A stretch of 58,332 nucleotides of DNA from Campylobacterota bacterium (GTDB taxonomy: Bacteria > Campylobacterota > Campylobacteria > Campylobacterales > Arcobacteraceae): positions 1 through 58,332 of the forward strand of contig JBNJFB010000009.1 of assembly GCA_051746405.1 (NCBI GenBank), given 5' to 3'. Below the pieces are notes generated by a model. The model did no database searches, was not told the DNA's origin, and saw only the letters and a program-made list of their open reading frames with translations. Positions 54,073-58,332 of this stretch are shown in pieces. Within the stretch, counting starts at the first letter, position 1. Every line of letters begins with the position of its first letter. Position numbers and translations under genes: made by a program.

Positions 54073-54130
54073 TTATGATATAATTAAATTTAGTTATTAT
54101 ACCTATTACTATTTGATAAGGAAGTTATAA

Positions 54131-55423
54131 ATGTATTTTAATTTAAAGAAAAGACCAACTATTGGAATTACATATAAAGATGATGGGCAGATACCAAAAA
54201 GCAAAATCAAAGATGGAAAAATTATCAATACTAATATAACCTTTTCAAAGCCTTATAAACTTCAAGTTAGAGCTTCAAAAGTTATTAATGGAAAAAGATC
54301 TATAAATAAAGAAACTATCACATTTGACCCAAAAACAACATTACTAGAAGCTATAAAGACTGCATCAAAAAGATATGATGAAATGATGGACAAAATGAGC
54401 AATAAAATCTTTAATAGTGACTTAAATAATATTATTAAGCCAGATATGTTATTTGAAACAGCTTGGAAAATAATAAGAGATAAAGAAGATAGAAATGGGA
54501 AAAACAATAGAATTGAAAAACAATTTTATAAAAACTGGCTGCAATCTATTTATAAAAAACCGTTAAATAAGATTGCACCAAACGATATAAAAGATATTGC
54601 TGATAGATTAAAAAGAGCTGGCAGGTCTGATAGAACACAAAGAAGAACTTATCAAGTTGTAAATTATATTTACAGTGAAATAAATAAATCAACTACAGAG
54701 TTTGTACTTATCTCTCCAGCTTCACAAAAAGGCTTACCACCACTACGAAATAAAATAAATTTAGATTTAACTTTAGATAAATCTAAAGCAGTTGCAAAAG
54801 CTCTAAGAGATTATCCTATTACACCTTTTAGGGAAGTATTTATGTGGTTGTTGCACGGTAGAAGACGAGGAGAAGTTCTTAGTTTAAAATGGGAAGATAT
54901 TAACTTTGAAGATAAAACATATACTATAAAAGATATATCTAATAAGGCAGGTATCAATATGACATATAAGGTATCAGATAGACTTTATAGTACTTTAAAA
55001 GTTTTAGCAGTGACAAAGCAACCAGAACATATGAAAGGATATGTTTTTAAAAGTATAAATGACAAGAAAAAACCTCTTAATGAAGCAACACTAAGAAACC
55101 ATTGGGAGAATGTAAGAGATGATAATAATTTTCCTTTTACACGAATGCACGATATTAGAAAATTATTAGGTGAGTATTTGATGAATCAAATGTTACAGAG
55201 TAATAATATAGTAGATACAGTTTTAGGTCATATACCAAGTGGAATAGCTTCAAGATATGCAACTATTAAAAATACCACCGTTGGTTCTATTGTAGATGTG
55301 GCACTTGATGGTTTGCTAGATGAAAATAAATCTGAAAAGATTGATAATGACAAATTAAAACAATTACAAGTCTTATTTCCTGAAAAGTCTATTGAACAGT
55401 TGATGATATTTTTGGAAAATTGA
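54131..55423 (+). CDS. Tyrosine recombinase/integrase
   Basis: HGRRRGEVLSLKW (R), SNKAG (K), MHDIR (HxxR), LGH, RYA (Y): catalytic set appears complete. Confidence 0.93.
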   Translation: MYFNLKKRPTIGITYKDDGQIPKSKIKDGKIINTNITFSKPYKLQVRASKVINGKRSINKETITFDPKTTLLEAIKTASKRYDEMMDKMSNKIFNSDLNNIIKPDMLFETAWKIIRDKEDRNGKNNRIEKQFYKNWLQSIYKKPLNKIAPNDIKDIADRLKRAGRSDRTQRRTYQVVNYIYSEINKSTTEFVLISPASQKGLPPLRNKINLDLTLDKSKAVAKALRDYPITPFREVFMWLLHGRRRGEVLSLKWEDINFEDKTYTIKDISNKAGINMTYKVSDRLYSTLKVLAVTKQPEHMKGYVFKSINDKKKPLNEATLRNHWENVRDDNNFPFTRMHDIRKLLGEYLMNQMLQSNNIVDTVLGHIPSGIASRYATIKNTTVGSIVDVALDGLLDENKSEKIDNDKLKQLQVLFPEKSIEQLMIFLEN

Positions 55424-55506
55424 TTTTGTGCTTATGCAAAATGACAAAACTAGCGAATAGCAGTTTTCATGGAATTAAAAAGTTTCCTGGAATATAATGG
55501 ACTGAA

Positions 55507-55722
55507 ATGTCAAGACAATATACGAGAAAGTTGTTCAATTCTAAAACTACATCTTTACCTACACCAATTCATATAGGTAATCCTTCAATTTGGCATTTAT
55601 CAGAAGTTTTAAATTGGTTAAAATTTGTAGGAAAACAAGAATCTAAAATTAATGAGAATCTATTTGAACTTTCAAATATTACAAGGCAATTTAATATTAA
55701 AAGACAGCTAGAGACTTGTTAA
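55507..55722 (+). pseudogene. C-terminal AlpA-like HTH fragment of a DNA-binding protein
   Basis: MSRQYTRKL...PTPIHIGNPSIWHLSEVLNW; appears to lack an N-terminal domain. Confidence 0.5.
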
Positions 55723-55920
55723 TAGTAAGTCTCTGGAATTAAACAAAAATCTAAAAAACTCAAACTTCAAAAAAACTATATTCCTAAAGTACAAAATAGT
55801 GAAGAAATAGAAATATATCCTAATGGTATCTTCAAATTTTTTATATCAAAAATTATAGAAGATATCAAGGATAGAGTTTTACAATATAAAATTAGATAAA
55901 ATTGACTTTTTAAAAAAACT

Positions 55921-55962
55921 AAAAAAAAATATGCACAGGTACTTTTCAAGTAACCTATGCAT
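55921..55962 (-). terminator. Rho-independent terminator of the leftward element operon
   Basis: Minus strand TGCATAGGTTACTT-gaa-AAGTACCTGTGCA followed by a T-run. Confidence 0.65.
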
Positions 55963-56197
55963 TTTTTCTTAAAAGTTCAGAATCTTCTCTATTTACAGTA
56001 GTGATAGTTTGTGACTCTAAATATCTGATTATTTCGGTACGACTAAAATAGTTTTTTGAACCTATTTTTACGACTTCAAGCTCTCCTCTGTAGAGTAACT
56101 TTTTACACATATCACTCTTAATAATACCTAACTCATCAATATCTTTAATTGAAAATAACACTTGCTTAGGTATTAGTTTTTCAAAATCTGTGTTCAT
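55955..56197 (-). CDS. Excisionase-like HTH protein
   Basis: KKLLYRGELEVVKIGSKNYFSRTEIIRYLE winged-helix Xis pattern; AGGAG RBS; convergent on int. Confidence 0.7.
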   Translation of the reverse strand: MNTDFEKLIPKQVLFSIKDIDELGIIKSDMCKKLLYRGELEVVKIGSKNYFSRTEIIRYLESQTITTVNREDSELLRKNA

Positions 56198-56217
56198 AAT
56201 TTTACTCCTACTTTTTG

Positions 56218-56319
56218 TTAAGATAAATAGATTCGTTTGATTCCATCTATATATCCAATTTCGATAAAGTCATTTGCTTTAAAAAGCTGTACCATATCTT
56301 TAATTGTTGGTTGCTTCAT
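56218..56319 (-). CDS. 33-aa small protein in the element operon
   Basis: AGGAG RBS; MKQPTIKDMVQLFKANDFIEIGYIDGIKRIYLS; fills the gap between co-oriented genes. Confidence 0.6.
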   Translation of the reverse strand: MKQPTIKDMVQLFKANDFIEIGYIDGIKRIYLS

Positions 56320-56340
56320 ATACCGCTCCTTTTTTGTATT

Positions 56341-56550
56341 TTATTTATAAGGTAGCTCACTTACCTCATAAGTTGATATTTGAATGTAGCTCTCCATAAC
56401 TTCACTATCTTCTACAATTGTCTTTCTTATCTCTGCTATAGTAAAGCCTTTTTTTAGTAATCCTAGTTCTTTAATCTCTAGTTTAAAAGCTTCATATCCA
56501 AATGTTTCCCACACTTCCAGTAGCCATTTTAAAGTTTTTACAGATATCAT
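56341..56550 (-). CDS. Hypothetical protein
   Basis: 69 aa ORF abutting the DUF2958 gene. Confidence 0.65.
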   Translation of the reverse strand: MISVKTLKWLLEVWETFGYEAFKLEIKELGLLKKGFTIAEIRKTIVEDSEVMESYIQISTYEVSELPYK

Positions 56551-56551
56551 A

Positions 56552-56851
56552 CTATGAAGCCTTTTTTATAGAGGATAGTTGTGTAGGTTTGAATGATAAA
56601 TCTCTTTCAACTCCTATACCAAGACTTCCTTTTACTTCTTGAATTTCTTGAAGTGAGAAATAGCCAAGTTCTCCATCACAAAATGGCGAAATCACATATC
56701 CAAAACATATATCGTCGTTTATTGAAATTTCAGTAATATACCAACTCCATCCATCGATAAATAGTTTTATATAAACTATAGGATTATTTTGTTCTTCTGT
56801 TTCATAAAGCTTAGGAATTTTATCCTTAAGCCCTTTTGGAATTAACTCCAT
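56552..56851 (-). CDS. DUF2958 family protein
   Basis: KLF...WSWYITE...CFGYV...ELGYFSLQEI...GVERDLSFKP. Confidence 0.85.
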   Translation of the reverse strand: MELIPKGLKDKIPKLYETEEQNNPIVYIKLFIDGWSWYITEISINDDICFGYVISPFCDGELGYFSLQEIQEVKGSLGIGVERDLSFKPTQLSSIKKAS

Positions 56852-56864
56852 TTAATTGCTCCTT

Positions 56865-57083
56865 TTATAGCTCTAAGTTCATGGTGAAATCACCTATATA
56901 CTCAATTGCCATTACATTTTTATAGGATTGATTAACTAAATAAGGCTGATAATATTTGAAGCTAATAAAAGCCTCTAAAACATCATTGCCTACTCCAGTT
57001 CCTAGTAGTTGTATATTACTAGTTTCATTATCCATCTCATCAAACGTAAATCCATCTTTAGTTAAAAATAGATATTTTTTCAT
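56865..57083 (-). CDS. Hypothetical protein
   Basis: Start reset to ATG 57083 (MKKYLFLTKDG), just after the Rad52-family stop. Confidence 0.65.
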   Translation of the reverse strand: MKKYLFLTKDGFTFDEMDNETSNIQLLGTGVGNDVLEAFISFKYYQPYLVNQSYKNVMAIEYIGDFTMNLEL

Positions 57084-57084
57084 A

Positions 57085-57783
57085 TTATGCAACCTCTCTT
57101 TTTTGCATATACCAAACACGATTTTGACCATTCCATCTAAAACCTGCATTTTTGATAATCTCTTTTTTCTCAAAGATTCCATCTCCTGCTACAGTTAAAA
57201 TATCTCCATTATCGATAATTTGAAGTCCAGCATTGATTAGAGCTGAAAAATCATTTTGATGTTGGTATGATTGTCTTGTTTGATTTCGTGGCTGTTGATT
57301 GTTTGGTTGGTAGTTTTGCTGTGGTGGTTGATTGTAGCTATTGTTATTGGTGTAGTTTCGACTTTTATCATAAAGACTTAGTCCAAACTGATTACCAAAG
57401 CTTCGCAATGCTCTTTTAAGTGCATCTGTTACTGCTTCTTTTGTGGCTCCCTCGTGAGCTTCTGATTGAGATTTAGCTATACCTGTTCCAGTTCCCACAT
57501 CACTACGACTGATATTTTGAATATGCTCTTTATCATATACTGTTATTTTTACAATTGCTTTGTAACAGATTACAAAGTTTTGATTTTGATTTTGTTCGGT
57601 TGATAAATGCTCTAAGCTTTCTATACTATAACTCCAATTACCATATCCAAACACTTTATTAGCTGTTTCAATTAGATCAAACCCCTCTAAATAAGAGAGG
57701 TTAATATTGCCTTTACTTCTACTTTTGACTCTGCTACTATCTAATTCTTGATTAAGTAGCTGTAGTTGTTCTTGATTAAACAT
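57085..57783 (-). CDS. Rad52/Rad22-family single-strand annealing protein (Sak/DdrA-like)
   Basis: LSYLEG...ANKVFGYGNW, DVGTG, KEAVTDALKRALRSFGNQFGLSLYDK; Q/N linker; C-terminal GFRWN...W domain. Confidence 0.9.
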   Translation of the reverse strand: MFNQEQLQLLNQELDSSRVKSRSKGNINLSYLEGFDLIETANKVFGYGNWSYSIESLEHLSTEQNQNQNFVICYKAIVKITVYDKEHIQNISRSDVGTGTGIAKSQSEAHEGATKEAVTDALKRALRSFGNQFGLSLYDKSRNYTNNNSYNQPPQQNYQPNNQQPRNQTRQSYQHQNDFSALINAGLQIIDNGDILTVAGDGIFEKKEIIKNAGFRWNGQNRVWYMQKREVA

Positions 57784-57795
57784 TTTGCACCTCCA

Positions 57796-58234
57796 TTATG
57801 CTACTTGTTTGTTTTCTATACTTAGTAAGTCATCAGGTTGATTGTTTACACTTGTTCTTTTTGTATTAACTTTAATCTTAGCTGGGGTTATCTCTTTGCT
57901 TGTTTCAATGTGAACATAAGGTTTTATTTCATCTTTGTTCTCATTACTTTCTAGCATCTCTTGAATAGCATCCACATCAAGTACAGGCTTAAAGTACCCT
58001 TGTGCCATTAATGAACGTTCGTCTAGTATATTTAATCTCTGTTTGAGTTTTGTTTTTTGAGGAGTGATAGTAATAGAACTAATTACAGTTCCATCAAGTT
58101 TATCTATTCCGTACTCTTTTAAAACACTTGCCGTTGCTTCAAGTGCTGTGGCTTTTGCATTAGTTAGAGTTTTCTTTAAAGTTTGCATCTGATTTATATC
58201 ATAAGCTATATAATCAATCTTATTTTGAAGCTCT
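57796..58234 (-). pseudogene. Siphovirus Gp157-like gene, 5'-truncated by an IS
   Basis: Frame stays open upstream of ATG 58188 (ELQNKIDYIAYDINQ-MQ) up to the IS end; coiled coil then YGIDKLDGTVISSIT. Confidence 0.6.
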
Positions 58235-58332
58235 TGTTGAATTTTTTGACTGAAAATTGACCCACTATTTTGAAAACTATTATCAGAGAATTCCGTTACA
58301 CTCCATGACCCACCTCTAAACTAAAAAAACAT
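58235..58332. mobile_element. Terminus of a probable IS21-family (IS1326-like) insertion sequence
   Basis: TGTTGA...AAAATTGACCCACT resembles the recalled IS1326 end; internal repeat of TGACCCAC. Confidence 0.65.

Larger units (their letters stand above)
53856..58332. mobile_element. One end of a tRNA-Leu-integrated element (prophage-like or ICE/IME), continuing past the window
   Basis: att fragment, tyrosine integrase, Xis-like, DUF2958, Rad52-family and Gp157-like genes. Confidence 0.8.

Noticed and set aside
55735..55905. A-rich open stretch downstream of the AlpA-like fragment
   Set aside because: No start codon with RBS or recognisable motif; at most an unassignable remnant

Overview
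This is an AT-rich Campylobacterota chromosome segment whose gene content and order fit the Arcobacteraceae (inferred). About 1-50.9 kb is mostly housekeeping and adaptive genes: fliK plus an FlhB-C-like gene, recD2, ppiD-ftsA-ftsZ, cbpA-hspR with HAIR-like operators, icd-mdh, mltG overlapping head-to-head with an AsmA-like gene, lolF-like/secA/lolA, RNase P RNA, orphan Cache kinases and transporters. It also holds a DUF1104-OmpR/kinase-cytochrome c locus with a repeated promoter box, a nearly lysine-free mini-flagellin, a DEAD-box helicase that must start at a non-canonical codon (probably ATC), and a tightly coupled six-gene ybgA-photolyase-desaturase-LytS-LytTR-SRPBCC operon. From about 50.9 kb the window is an accessory hotspot. 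A hipBA-like module and gene relics lie between two diverged copies of a cupin gene 3' end. Next come a tRNA-Leu(CAA) 3' fragment (att site), a tyrosine integrase and a leftward operon (Gp157-like, Rad52-family annealase, DUF2958, Xis-like). That operon is interrupted at the window edge by a probable IS21-family terminus. All calls come from reading motifs and recalling families; no database searches were run.
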